From positions 111,356-175,355 of the forward strand of contig DHIO01000006.1 of assembly GCA_002403855.1 (NCBI GenBank): 64,000 nt of DNA. Direction: 5' to 3'. The notes under the pieces were generated by a model that did no database searches, was not told the DNA's origin, and was given only the letters and a program-made list of their open reading frames with translations. Shown one piece after another: positions 29,795 to 39,247 of the stretch. The number at the start of each line of letters is the position of its first letter. The stretch's first letter is position 1. The DNA is from Acidimicrobiia bacterium UBA4744. GTDB taxonomy: Bacteria; Actinomycetota; Acidimicrobiia; Spongiisociales; UBA4744. The translations under genes and the position numbers were made by a program.

Positions 29795-29955
29795 AGGCTC
29801 CAGTCAGTGTGTCGCTCGTTGTCGAAGGGGTCGATCATTGCGGGGAAGGGCGGGGGAGTGCCGATAGGGGAAGACAGCCGCTTCCGGCTGGTTGATGACG
29901 CTCCGGCGTGGTGCCGGCGCCGCGAAGATCCAAGCATCTCGCGTAGTGACTCCCT

Positions 29956-29971
29956 TGTGAATCCATTCACA
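29956..29971. promoter_or_regulatory. perfect CRP-type palindrome TGTGAatccatTCACA upstream of hdrA
   Basis: Exact match to the TGTGA-N6-TCACA consensus. It sits in the 242-bp intergenic gap between the etfD-like gene and hdrA, about 165 bp upstream of the hdrA start. Confidence 0.45.
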
Positions 29972-30036
29972 ATGATGGTGGTCGTCTCCCCGGCTTGCCA
30001 GGGCCAAAAGGCTCTCCCTGGGGACTTCAAGACCCA

Positions 30037-32031
30037 TCACAAGGCCTCGGCCACCAGTTCGATGAGGTCTTTGACGGCCAGACGATCCGCGTAGCCGCCG
30101 CTCTTGGCGGCGTCCTCGAACATCACCAGGTCCTTGGGGCAGGAGACGATCAGCATTTCCACCCCCTCCAAACCGGCGGCTTCTTCGACTCTCATGGCGG
30201 CCGGGCGTTGTTGGGTGTCTCCCTCTTCCATCCAGATGCGACCTCCTCCCGCTCCACAGCACATCGCCCGATCACCATGGCGGGGCATCTCGACGAGTGT
30301 GCATCCGGCTGCTTCGATGACCCTGCGCGGCGCGTCGTACACGCCGTTGTAGCGACCGAGGTAGCACGGGTCGTGGTACGTGACCCGGTATCCCAGCTCC
30401 CGGCCTAGTCGCAGACGGCCGTCGGCGATCAACTGATCCAGCAGCTCCGAGTAGTGCAGTACCGGTCGCCCGCCGTTGATCTCCGCCGGGTATTCGTTCT
30501 TGAGGGCGTTGTAGGTATGGGGATCGGTGGTGACGATGCTCCGGAATTCGCAGGCGTTCAGAGCCGCAGCGTTGTCCTCGGCGAGCATCTCGAACAAGCC
30601 CTCTTCCCCGACCCGCCGCACATCGTTGCCGGCATTGCGTTCCGCCTCGTAGAGCAGTCCAAAATCGAGATCGGCACGGCGAAAGACCTCTGCGGTCGTC
30701 TTGGTGGCACTGGCCAACGTGGCGCTGTATGCGGCATAGTCGCCCGTGAACCAGAGGTAGTCCACGGGTTCCCGCCGGGCATCCTTGATCTTCTCCGGCA
30801 GGCCTTTGGTCCATTTGGCACGCGCCCGCTCCGACTGGCCGAACGAATTGCCGTAACGACCCAGATTGGCCATCGCTTCCTGGAGCATCCCGTCCATCCG
30901 CCCTTCCATCACGAGGTGGCGCCGCATGTCGACGATCGGCGTAACGTGCTCGATGAAGAGCGGACACTCCTGATCGCAGGCGGAGCAGGTGACGCAGGCC
31001 CAGAGGATTTCTTCGGTGATGACGTCGCCGACGAGCTCGCTCTCGAGCACGGCCCCGTTCTGCTGTCCATCACGGAGCGCTACTCCCCGCTGAATCAGGT
31101 TGTCGCGGAGGGACATGATGAGCAGCTTGGGAGAAAGGGGCGACCCGCTGGCGTAGGCGGGACACACGTCCTGACACCGACCGCATTCGGTACAGGTGTA
31201 GAAGTCGAGCAACTGGCGCCGGCGGAACTGTTCTACTGCGTTCACGCCCACGTCGCCATTGAATTCCGGTGCCGGCGGCAAGCGGCCGGGCGGGTCCAGG
31301 TTTCGCAAGAAGACGGCGGGGATCGAGGTGACCACATGAAAGTGTTTGCCCCCCGGAAGCTCGGTGAGGAAGGCGAGCACCACGATCAGGTGGATCCAGT
31401 AGGCGGCCTCTTCGACCACTTCCAACGTCGGGTCGCTGAGGCCCGACAGCACGGCACCCACGGCCGAGGCCACCGGTCGCCAGTCGGCCAGAGGATCCTC
31501 GCCGAGTTCGATGCGGATCCCATTGATCACCAGCAGGCTCACCACGATGGTCAAGATGAACGACAGGACCATCACCGCCTGGGCCCGGTGGCTTCCCTCG
31601 TAGCGGGGCGGATTGACGACCAGGCGAAGGTAGAGGGCGTACACGACGGCGATCCCTACGAGAGCAGCAAACAGATCTTGGAGGAGAGCCAACGGACCGA
31701 ATTCGCCGATCACCGGGATCACGAACCCGGGGTCGGCGAAGGCCACGAGTCCTTCGATGATCGCCTGCAAGATCGTCAGGATCAGGATGACGAAGCCCCA
31801 GAAGACGAAGAAGTGGGCGATACCCGGCGCCAGGAAGCGGAACAGGCGCAGTTGGCCTCCCACATACACGACCAGCCCCTTGATTCGCTCGATCCACCGG
31901 CCGTAAGGCGGTCCCGGTCGACCGCGTTGTAGGTTCACCCACAAGAGTTGATAGACCCGCAGGCCGAAGACGGCGAAGGAAACCACCAGGAGAAGGACGA
32001 CGACGATGGACTTGACCGCTTCGTACTCCAT
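30037..32031 (-). CDS. membrane-anchored Fe-S oxidoreductase: NarI-like di-heme cytochrome b domain fused to an HdrD-like 4Fe-4S/CCG domain (EtfD / DsrMK-HdrED-like)
   Basis: 664 aa. The N-terminus has five hydrophobic helices with conserved His (HFFVFWGF, YWIHLIV, HFHVV). Then come CTECGRCQDVCP and CVTCSACDQECP, and C-terminal CCG motifs (PCYLGR, MCCGAGGG). Confidence 0.8.
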   Translation of the reverse strand: MEYEAVKSIVVVLLLVVSFAVFGLRVYQLLWVNLQRGRPGPPYGRWIERIKGLVVYVGGQLRLFRFLAPGIAHFFVFWGFVILILTILQAIIEGLVAFADPGFVIPVIGEFGPLALLQDLFAALVGIAVVYALYLRLVVNPPRYEGSHRAQAVMVLSFILTIVVSLLVINGIRIELGEDPLADWRPVASAVGAVLSGLSDPTLEVVEEAAYWIHLIVVLAFLTELPGGKHFHVVTSIPAVFLRNLDPPGRLPPAPEFNGDVGVNAVEQFRRRQLLDFYTCTECGRCQDVCPAYASGSPLSPKLLIMSLRDNLIQRGVALRDGQQNGAVLESELVGDVITEEILWACVTCSACDQECPLFIEHVTPIVDMRRHLVMEGRMDGMLQEAMANLGRYGNSFGQSERARAKWTKGLPEKIKDARREPVDYLWFTGDYAAYSATLASATKTTAEVFRRADLDFGLLYEAERNAGNDVRRVGEEGLFEMLAEDNAAALNACEFRSIVTTDPHTYNALKNEYPAEINGGRPVLHYSELLDQLIADGRLRLGRELGYRVTYHDPCYLGRYNGVYDAPRRVIEAAGCTLVEMPRHGDRAMCCGAGGGRIWMEEGDTQQRPAAMRVEEAAGLEGVEMLIVSCPKDLVMFEDAAKSGGYADRLAVKDLIELVAEAL

Positions 32032-32047
32032 CTCGGCTGCCTGTTCC

Positions 32048-33022
32048 CTACCCTCCTTTGGCTGCTCGCACCCGTTCGATCAGCACCGGCAGAAGGTCGA
32101 GCAAGTCGACTTCCGATCCGTACTGGGCGACGTCGAAGATCGGCGCTTCCGGGTCGGTATTGACGGCGATCGTCAAATCACTGTCGCTCATCCCCTCGAC
32201 GTGCTCAGGGGCTCCGCTGATACCCAGGGCCAGATAGACGTCGGGTTTGACCCGCTTCCCGGACTTGCCGACCATGCGCGTGGTGGGGAGCCAGCCTTGA
32301 TCTACGACCGGGCGGGACGCACAGACTGCGCCACCAAGCGTCTCGGCTAGTTCCTCGGCTAGCTCCACGTTGTCTTCGTTGGCTATGCCACGTCCGATCG
32401 CCACCAGGATGGGAGTGGTGGAGATGTCGATGTCCTCCGCCTTGGGCTCTTGATACCCCGCAAAGGCGACCCGTCCGCTTCCCAGCGGCGAAACGGAGGT
32501 TCTGGTCACCTCCGGCGCGGTTTCCCCCCTTCCTTGTTCCGGCTTGTAGCCGCCCGGCACCATGGTGATCAGGGCGTTTGGTTCGGGAATGTCGCCTTCG
32601 ACGAGGATCTTCCCACCGCAGATCTGGCTGATGAATCGCAGCCTGCCGTTCGCCGCGTCGACACTCCGACACCGGCTCACCAGCGGCATGCTCAGGCGGG
32701 CGGACAGAACCCCGGCTACCTCGGCTCCCATCGATGTGTCGCCGAAGAGCACGCAGCGGGGCGGATCGCCTCCGATCAAATCCGCCAGGATGACGTTGTA
32801 GTGCTCCGGGTTGAAGTCGGCAAGGGCGGGGTCGTCGATGTACACAACTCGATCTGCCGCCAGATCACCGGCCAGGGTCTCGCCGTCATGACCGAGCAAC
32901 ACGGCCGCGACGCCACCACCGGTTCCGGTAGCCAGCCGGCGGGCGGCGGCCACTGCCACGTAGGTGATGTCCGCGACTTGCCCCCGCAGGTGCTCGACGA
33001 TGACGTGTATGTCTTGGCTCAT
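32048..33022 (-). CDS. etfA: electron transfer flavoprotein alpha subunit
   Basis: 324 aa. Contains the C-terminal FAD-binding region PDVYLALGISGAPEHVEGM (ALGISGA...H) typical of EtfA/FixB. Confidence 0.85.
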   Translation of the reverse strand: MSQDIHVIVEHLRGQVADITYVAVAAARRLATGTGGGVAAVLLGHDGETLAGDLAADRVVYIDDPALADFNPEHYNVILADLIGGDPPRCVLFGDTSMGAEVAGVLSARLSMPLVSRCRSVDAANGRLRFISQICGGKILVEGDIPEPNALITMVPGGYKPEQGRGETAPEVTRTSVSPLGSGRVAFAGYQEPKAEDIDISTTPILVAIGRGIANEDNVELAEELAETLGGAVCASRPVVDQGWLPTTRMVGKSGKRVKPDVYLALGISGAPEHVEGMSDSDLTIAVNTDPEAPIFDVAQYGSEVDLLDLLPVLIERVRAAKGG

Positions 33023-33031
33023 CGTTCCCCC

Positions 33032-33799
33032 TCACGCCTTCCCCAGCTCTCGGAGGAGATCGACGATCCTCCCCGCGACCTCATCCTCATCGCCGGTGAT
33101 CATGGTCGCCCGTTCGGCGGTCTCCGGCTTGAACATCGAATCGACCATCGGTCCTCCGGTGGTATCAAGATCCGGTGCCGCCTGCTCGTCGACGGCGGCC
33201 GTCTTCATCGCCTGACGGATTCGGCTGATGGCGACGTAGCGGGGTGGCGATTCCGCTGCTTGAACCCCGAGCACTGCCGGCATCTCGACGTCCATCTCGG
33301 CGATCAGACCGCCCGGGTATTCCTTGCGGACCCGGCATCGACCGTTGATAGGAGCGATCCCCGACACGTAACCCACGTAGGGCATACCGACGTATTCGGC
33401 GAGCAGCGGACCCAGTGACCCATCCAGATCGTTGTGGGCCTGTACACCTACCAGCACCAGATCTGGCTCGAGGATTCGAACGGTGGTGGCGTAGAACCGC
33501 GCCATGGCATGATTGTTGACATTGACCCCGTAGTCGACTCCGGTCAGCTTGATGAGCCGGTCGACCCCTTTGGCCGATGAGGCAAACAGGACATCATCGA
33601 CTCCCTCGCCGTCCAGGCTGATAACCGATACCGTCCCGGAGAGGCTCTCCTTGAGTAGGAGAGCCTGTTCGAGGGCGTGCTCATCGACCTCGTTGAGAAT
33701 GAATCGGAGCCAGGTCGTGTCGAGGGCCGTCCCGCCGTCATCGATCTCCAGTTCTTCAACCAGGTCGGGAACGAGCTTGACCGGTACCACGATGTTCAT
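33032..33799 (-). CDS. etfB: electron transfer flavoprotein beta subunit
   Basis: MNIVVPVKLVPD N-terminus typical of EtfB/FixA, in a 255-aa protein. Confidence 0.85.
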   Translation of the reverse strand: MNIVVPVKLVPDLVEELEIDDGGTALDTTWLRFILNEVDEHALEQALLLKESLSGTVSVISLDGEGVDDVLFASSAKGVDRLIKLTGVDYGVNVNNHAMARFYATTVRILEPDLVLVGVQAHNDLDGSLGPLLAEYVGMPYVGYVSGIAPINGRCRVRKEYPGGLIAEMDVEMPAVLGVQAAESPPRYVAISRIRQAMKTAAVDEQAAPDLDTTGGPMVDSMFKPETAERATMITGDEDEVAGRIVDLLRELGKA

Positions 33800-33803
33800 G
33801 ACT

Positions 33804-35024
33804 TCACCCCTGCTCGATCAATGAATCCACCAACAACTCGGCAATGTCCTTGACCACGAGGTGCTTGGCCCCTGTCACCGTCTTGGTGGCATCCTCGAAA
33901 CGAGGCATCTCGTAAGGACAGGTCACGGCCAGGATGTCGGCCCGGACGTCGATGGCTTCCTGCACTCGAATCTCGGACAACCGGAAGTGAGCCTTCTCCC
34001 ACCGGAAACCGTCGAGCCACATCCCACCCCCCCCTCCACCGCAGCAGATGCTGGTTTCCCGGGTGTGCAACATTTCTACCAATTCGACTCCGGGAACAGC
34101 GGTCAGCAACCGCCGGGGATCCTCGTAGATGCCGTTGGCCCGTCCCAGATAGCAGGGATCGTGGAAAGCCACCCGGGCCGGGATCTCTCGAGTGAGCAAG
34201 GGTTGGAGCCGATCGAGCCGCCCTGCCAGGAATTGGCTGTAGTGGGCCACCGGGTAGGAGATACCCAACGCCGGGTACTCGTTCTTGAGAGCGTTGAACG
34301 CGTGAGGATCGGTGGTCAGGATTTCTTCGAATTCGTACTTGCCGAATGCCCTGGCGTTCTTCTCGGCCAGCATCTCGAACAGCCCCGTCTCACCCGCCAG
34401 GCGTTGAGAATCCCCGTCGCTGTTCTCTTCAGGGCCGAGTATGCCGTAGTCGACGTCGAGGCGGTTGAGAACCCTGGCCAGCGCTTGTGAAGCTTGGCGG
34501 CCGCGCGGATGGTACGAGGCGTAGTCGCCCACGAACCAAAGGACTTCCACCGGGCGCTTGATCTTGCTGAGGATGGGGACCGCGGGTTCGATGTCCATCG
34601 CCCAATCGGCGCGCCGCCGCGGTGGCTCACCGAGGGCGTTTCCATAGCGCTGCGAGTTCTCGAGGGCTTCCTGGAGTTCGGCGGGGATGCTGCCGGTCAA
34701 CAGCATTTCCTCCTTGGCCCGGGTCATCAGGCCGTTGGTGAGGGGGATCTGCGCCGGACAAATCTGTGCACAGGCGTAGCAGGAAACACAGAGCCAGAGC
34801 GAGTCGACTCCCATCACCTTTTCGAACATCCCCGCTCGCATGGCGGAGATCATCTTGTGGGGAGGGAAATCCATCAAGTAGCCAAACGGACAGATGCCGC
34901 TACACGCGGCACACTGCAGGCAAGCGCGAATTCGCCGGCCCTCTTCCACTTCTTCCAGGCTGAGACTGAATGAATCCGTGAAGCCGGCCGCGTCGGCGGC
35001 CTCCATCGCCGGTGCTGCCATCAT
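33804..35024 (-). CDS. soluble HdrD/GlcF-like Fe-S oxidoreductase (two 4Fe-4S motifs plus two CCG domains)
   Basis: CLQCAACSGICP, CVSCYACAQICP, PCYLGR and ICCGGGGGG motifs. The start is taken at the ATGATG at 35024, 5 nt after GAAAGGTG. The ORF extends to 35048 with a TTG. Confidence 0.75.
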   Translation of the reverse strand: MMAAPAMEAADAAGFTDSFSLSLEEVEEGRRIRACLQCAACSGICPFGYLMDFPPHKMISAMRAGMFEKVMGVDSLWLCVSCYACAQICPAQIPLTNGLMTRAKEEMLLTGSIPAELQEALENSQRYGNALGEPPRRRADWAMDIEPAVPILSKIKRPVEVLWFVGDYASYHPRGRQASQALARVLNRLDVDYGILGPEENSDGDSQRLAGETGLFEMLAEKNARAFGKYEFEEILTTDPHAFNALKNEYPALGISYPVAHYSQFLAGRLDRLQPLLTREIPARVAFHDPCYLGRANGIYEDPRRLLTAVPGVELVEMLHTRETSICCGGGGGGMWLDGFRWEKAHFRLSEIRVQEAIDVRADILAVTCPYEMPRFEDATKTVTGAKHLVVKDIAELLVDSLIEQG

Positions 35025-35192
35025 TCGCACCTTTCTGTCGATAGTCAATCCGTCCTATGTCGCGCCTCGCCACCCTCGAGTTCTGTGACGGTCAGGGATG
35101 GCCTCATGGACGTAAGTGTCTTGCGTGACGGGGCGGTATCCAACCTCTCCACAACGACTCCAGGACCTTCCTTCGGAGTATGCGGTCGTTCT

Positions 35193-35216
35193 TGTGAATT
35201 CTTTCACTAGAGTGAA
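35193..35216. promoter_or_regulatory. CRP/FNR-type operator candidate in the divergent promoter region: TGTGAattcttTCAC overlapping the perfect palindrome TTCACtagaGTGAA
   Basis: Read directly from the sequence. 14 of 16 positions match TGTGA-N6-TCACA. Centred about 160 bp from both divergent start codons (35024 and 35358). Confidence 0.4.
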
Positions 35217-35357
35217 CGGGGTGGCTAGGGTCAAAAGACTCAACCTGCCGGAGGTCGAGGCCGGCAGCTACGCAAGACCTCACCACGGTGACGGCCCTGT
35301 GGGGCGCGCAGCACGGGCGTTGCGACCGGCCCACGCCGGCCTGAGGTCGGGATCGGT

Positions 35358-37082
35358 GTGAACCACGAGCCCCTCACCATCATGTGTGCTGCCGCAGTTT
35401 GTGCCGACCTGCTCCGGTTGCGCGACACCCTCGAGAAGCTCTACGGAGAGTCGGCTCGCGTGGAGGCTCACCACAGTGGGGAAGGCTTGTGCCACGCGTT
35501 AGAGGCCCATCTCGCCTGTGGAGATCTCGTTCCCGTGGTGGTCGTCGACTGCCGGCTGGCCGACGGTACGGGAGCCGACGCCCTCGTTGATCTCGCCGAT
35601 CGCGATGCCAGCGGTGCCACCCGCAAGGTCCTCATTCTCGCTGATGATGAGACCGCCGAGACGGATCGAATCCTGGCGAAAGTGGCGCTCGATGGTGTCC
35701 TCACCCGGCCATGGACCATCCACGAGTTGCGGACTACCGTCGAGCGACTCGTCGATGAATACCTCAGAGAGGTAGACCCCGAGGCGGATAGAAGATTCGC
35801 TGCGTTCACTATGGGTCCCACCGGTTCCACCGAGCGTGACGCGCAACGCACTGGGGGAGACCTCCTGCAACGTTTCGATGAGCAGGTTCGGCGCGACCGA
35901 GCCAAACAACGAAGCTTCCTCGAGGATCGCGATCTCAGAGACAACGAAGTCGAACAGGCAATGATCGATGAGATGGAGCGGGTCCTCGGGTATCCCCCGC
36001 GGAAACGACTGCCGGCCGGAAGCCTGATCCTGACTGAAGGCGAATCGATCGATGGAATCACTGTGGTTTTGGACGGCGAGGTTCGCTTGTTCCGGGAGGT
36101 GGACGGCCGGGAGATCGTGTTTCACCATCTCACCGCCGGGCGAATTATCGGGTTGATGTCGCTAGCTCAATCACGCCCGGCAGTTTTCAATGTCGAGGCC
36201 GAAACAGAAGTCACCGTGATGCCGGTCACGCTGGAGCAACTCGATTCGGCGTTGCGAGCCAGTCCCAGCCTGTCCGCACACTTCGTGTCTGTCTTGGTGA
36301 GATCATTGGCGCGACGCAATCTGCGCAGCATCGAACAACAGCTGCAAATCCGAGAGTTCGCCACGAGCCGGATCAAGGAATCGGAGCGGCTGGCGGTGGT
36401 GGGTCAACTAGCTGCCGGAGTGGCTCACGAGTTGAACAACCCTTTGCAGGGAATCGTCGCCTATTCCCACTTGCTGTTGGAGAAGCACGCCGAAGACGGA
36501 CGCCACCGATCATCTCTGGAGAAGATCGTCGCCCAGGCCGATCGATGTATCGCCATCGTGAGGGCTCTGCTCGATTTCTCGCGTCCGACCGCGCCGAAGA
36601 AGCAATCCTCTGACGTGAACTCGCTGCTGACCGACTGCATAGAGCTGGTCGAGGAACAAGCTCTCTTTCTCAACATCGCGATCGACCGGGACTTGGAACC
36701 GACCTTGCCGCTGGTCATGGTCGATCCATCGCAGATACAGCAGGTGTTCGTCAACTTGATCATCAATGCGGCCGAAGCGATGGACGGCGACGGACGCCTG
36801 GAGATAACCACTCGCCATATGGATAGCGAGGTCGAGATCGAGTTCACGGACAGTGGACCGGGGATCAACCCCGAAGACTTGGACCGGGTGTTCGACCCAT
36901 TCTTCTCGACCAAGGAGGCAGGCCATGGGACGGGTTTGGGCCTGGCGATCAGTTACGGGATAGTCCGCGAGCACGGAGGTCGCATCACTGCGGCGAGCGA
37001 GGAAGTAGCGGGAGCAACATTTGTCGTTCGGCTCCCGATTACGGTCGATCGGCCCTGGAGCAACAACATGGAGCAGGAGTAG
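35358..37082 (+). CDS. cytoplasmic sensor histidine kinase with N-terminal receiver-like domain and a cyclic-nucleotide-binding (CAP-effector) domain
   Basis: 574 aa with no TM segments. Contains a cNMP-binding-like region (LILTEGESIDGITVVLDGEVRLFREVDGREIVFHHLTAGRIIGLMSL), a HisKA H-box (AAGVAHELNNPLQGIV), and HATPase N/G boxes (NLIINAAEA, DSGPGI, GTGLGLAIS). Confidence 0.8.
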   Translation: MNHEPLTIMCAAAVCADLLRLRDTLEKLYGESARVEAHHSGEGLCHALEAHLACGDLVPVVVVDCRLADGTGADALVDLADRDASGATRKVLILADDETAETDRILAKVALDGVLTRPWTIHELRTTVERLVDEYLREVDPEADRRFAAFTMGPTGSTERDAQRTGGDLLQRFDEQVRRDRAKQRSFLEDRDLRDNEVEQAMIDEMERVLGYPPRKRLPAGSLILTEGESIDGITVVLDGEVRLFREVDGREIVFHHLTAGRIIGLMSLAQSRPAVFNVEAETEVTVMPVTLEQLDSALRASPSLSAHFVSVLVRSLARRNLRSIEQQLQIREFATSRIKESERLAVVGQLAAGVAHELNNPLQGIVAYSHLLLEKHAEDGRHRSSLEKIVAQADRCIAIVRALLDFSRPTAPKKQSSDVNSLLTDCIELVEEQALFLNIAIDRDLEPTLPLVMVDPSQIQQVFVNLIINAAEAMDGDGRLEITTRHMDSEVEIEFTDSGPGINPEDLDRVFDPFFSTKEAGHGTGLGLAISYGIVREHGGRITAASEEVAGATFVVRLPITVDRPWSNNMEQE

Positions 37083-37086
37083 CTTG

Positions 37087-38232
37087 ATGGCTATGGCACT
37101 CGAGGATGGTCGCTCGAGGATCCTCATCATCGACGATGAGCAGGTGGTGCTCGAATCCTGCATAGAGATCTTGCTCGACCAGCCCTACGACGTCGCCACC
37201 GCGTCCAGCGGCGCTCGCGGTCTGGAATTCATGGAGGAATTCCGGCCCGATCTGGTGTTCGTGGACTTGAAGATGCCCGGCCTCTCCGGCCTGGAAGTCC
37301 TCGAAGCTATCAACCGGGATGACCCGACAGTCGTGACGGTGGTCATCACCGGGTACGCCACCGTGGACTCGGCGATCGAGGCCATGAAGCTAGGAGCGTA
37401 CGATTTCATCCCCAAGCCGTTTACGCCCGACCAGTTCCGGGTGATCACCGCACGCAGTCTGGAAAAGCGCAAGCTCGTTCTCGAGACGATCGCGCTACGC
37501 CGTGAAAAGGAGATGCTTCGGGAGAACTTCGCCGCGATCGTTAGCCATGAGCTGAAATCACCGCTGAGTGCCGTTCAGCAGAATCTCTTCGTCTTGGCAC
37601 ATCAACTCTCTCCCGTCACTACCGAGGACCAGCGAGTGCAACTCGAGCGCATGAAGTCACGGATCGGTGATCTTCTGGACCTAGTGGATCGATGGTTGCG
37701 CAGCGTCTCGGTCGACCTGGACGGCATCCGAGAACGATTCGAGACCCTGCCTCTCTCTGTTCCGATCACCAAGGCAGTCGAGTCCGTGCAACCCCAAGCC
37801 GTTCGCAAAGACGTCGAGATCGTCGTACAAGAACGCGCCGGGAGTGTCTACGGCCACGAAGGGGTTCTTACCGAAGCCCTGACCAACATCATCGGCAATG
37901 CGGTGAAGTACTCGTATGAGGGCGGCACCGTCACCATCACGACGAAGCAACTCGACGACCGAGTCAGGGTCGATGTGACGGATACCGGAGTGGGTATTTC
38001 GGAAGACGACCGAGTTCACATCTTCGATGACTTCTACCGAGGGGACGTCGGCATGAGCCGCCAGAGCGGCGCCGGACTCGGGCTGGCCATCAGTCGGAGG
38101 ATCATTGAGGCCCACAACGGATCCGTGTCGGTCGAGAGCGAGTTGGGGAGAGGCACCACCTTCACCATCCTCCTTCCCACCGAGGCCCCTGAGCCTCCCG
38201 TTTCACGTTTACCTGAGAGGAGCGAGATCTAA
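37087..38232 (+). CDS. hybrid response regulator-histidine kinase (N-terminal receiver, then HisKA and HATPase)
   Basis: Receiver domain (RILIIDDEQ...LVFVDLKMPGLSG...AYDFIPKPF), H-box IVSHELKSPL, and HATPase (NIIGNAVKYS, DTGVGI, GAGLGLAISRRI). The start is 5 nt after the upstream kinase stop. Confidence 0.8.
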   Translation: MAMALEDGRSRILIIDDEQVVLESCIEILLDQPYDVATASSGARGLEFMEEFRPDLVFVDLKMPGLSGLEVLEAINRDDPTVVTVVITGYATVDSAIEAMKLGAYDFIPKPFTPDQFRVITARSLEKRKLVLETIALRREKEMLRENFAAIVSHELKSPLSAVQQNLFVLAHQLSPVTTEDQRVQLERMKSRIGDLLDLVDRWLRSVSVDLDGIRERFETLPLSVPITKAVESVQPQAVRKDVEIVVQERAGSVYGHEGVLTEALTNIIGNAVKYSYEGGTVTITTKQLDDRVRVDVTDTGVGISEDDRVHIFDDFYRGDVGMSRQSGAGLGLAISRRIIEAHNGSVSVESELGRGTTFTILLPTEAPEPPVSRLPERSEI

Positions 38233-38248
38233 TGCAGGGAGGAATCCC

Positions 38249-38674
38249 ATGAACCCGACGAAACGGCTACTCATCGTCGACGACGATCCAGACTTCGCCG
38301 GTGCGATCAGCGAGATCCTCGAATCGGCCGGCTACGAGACGGACATAACGCACAACCCCAAGGAGGGATGGGCGGCGCTCAAGACGAACAAGTACGACCT
38401 TCTCCTGCTGGACATCATGATGGGTCGGGGCGCCGAGGGTGTGATGATGGCCCGTAAGATCCGCAAGGATGAATCGTTGCGCGAGATGCCGGTGCTCATC
38501 ATCACCGGTTTGCGCGAGCAGATTGCTTTTCTCTTCCCGGGCCAAGCCATCCATCCGGGATTCGTGCCGGTCGACGAATTGGTCGAGAAGCCGGTGGAGC
38601 CTGAACTTCTTCTCGACCGGGTTGGTGCGCTGATCGAAGCCTCCGAGGCGCGATCGCCGGGGGGTGATGAGTAA
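38249..38674 (+). CDS. single-domain response regulator (CheY-like receiver)
   Basis: MNPTKRLLIVDDDPDF...YDLLLLDIMMGRG...KIRK, 141 aa, with a GCAGGGAGG RBS upstream. Confidence 0.8.
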   Translation: MNPTKRLLIVDDDPDFAGAISEILESAGYETDITHNPKEGWAALKTNKYDLLLLDIMMGRGAEGVMMARKIRKDESLREMPVLIITGLREQIAFLFPGQAIHPGFVPVDELVEKPVEPELLLDRVGALIEASEARSPGGDE

Positions 38675-39247
38675 GTGTTTCCTGCCACGACTTCACCCCA
38701 ATTCAGCATGGAAGTCATGAACCTTCTCTACGCAGGCGACGGGAAACCGCCGAACCTCTGCGTGCATTGTTCGGTCTGCTCGGCTACCTGCCCGGCTGTG
38801 GAGTTCATGGACCACTCCCCGCGCATGCTCTTGGCCATGATCAACGCCGGGATGAAGGACGAGGTGCTTGCCAGCAACACGTTCTGGACTTGTGCCTCGT
38901 GCTTTGCCTGCTCGGAGCGGTGTCCCCAAGGGATACACGTAGCCCAGATCATGTATGCACTGAAGCGTTACTCGCTGTGGCACAACCGGTACCCGGAAGG
39001 GTTGGTTGGGCCCGATTTCTCACGGCGTTTCGTGAAGACCATCCTTGCCAACGGAAAGTCGTACGAGCCCGGCTACGCCCCTGCCTTTATCTGGGAGGGG
39101 GGGCTTCCGGGGCTTCTGTACGAGATGCTGGGAGCCGTCAAGCTATTGCGGCGCGGGCGACTCCAGTTGATTCCCAAGAAGATCAAACGCGTGGACAACT
39201 TCCGCCAGATGATCGGGCGGATCATACCCCTGGAGGGTATCTCGTGA
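38675..39247 (+). CDS. hdrC: heterodisulfide reductase subunit C-like (two 4Fe-4S motifs)
   Basis: CVHCSVCSATCP and CASCFACSERCP motifs in a protein of about 190 aa. The GTG start lies directly after the response-regulator stop, preceded by GGGGTGATGAG. Confidence 0.75.
   Translation: MFPATTSPQFSMEVMNLLYAGDGKPPNLCVHCSVCSATCPAVEFMDHSPRMLLAMINAGMKDEVLASNTFWTCASCFACSERCPQGIHVAQIMYALKRYSLWHNRYPEGLVGPDFSRRFVKTILANGKSYEPGYAPAFIWEGGLPGLLYEMLGAVKLLRRGRLQLIPKKIKRVDNFRQMIGRIIPLEGIS

Noticed and set aside
29791-30030. 79-aa minus-strand ORF in the etfD-hdrA intergenic gap, ending 1 nt into the hdrA start.
   Set aside because: Arg/Ser-rich low-complexity sequence with no RBS. The gap is better explained as a regulatory region containing the CRP palindrome.
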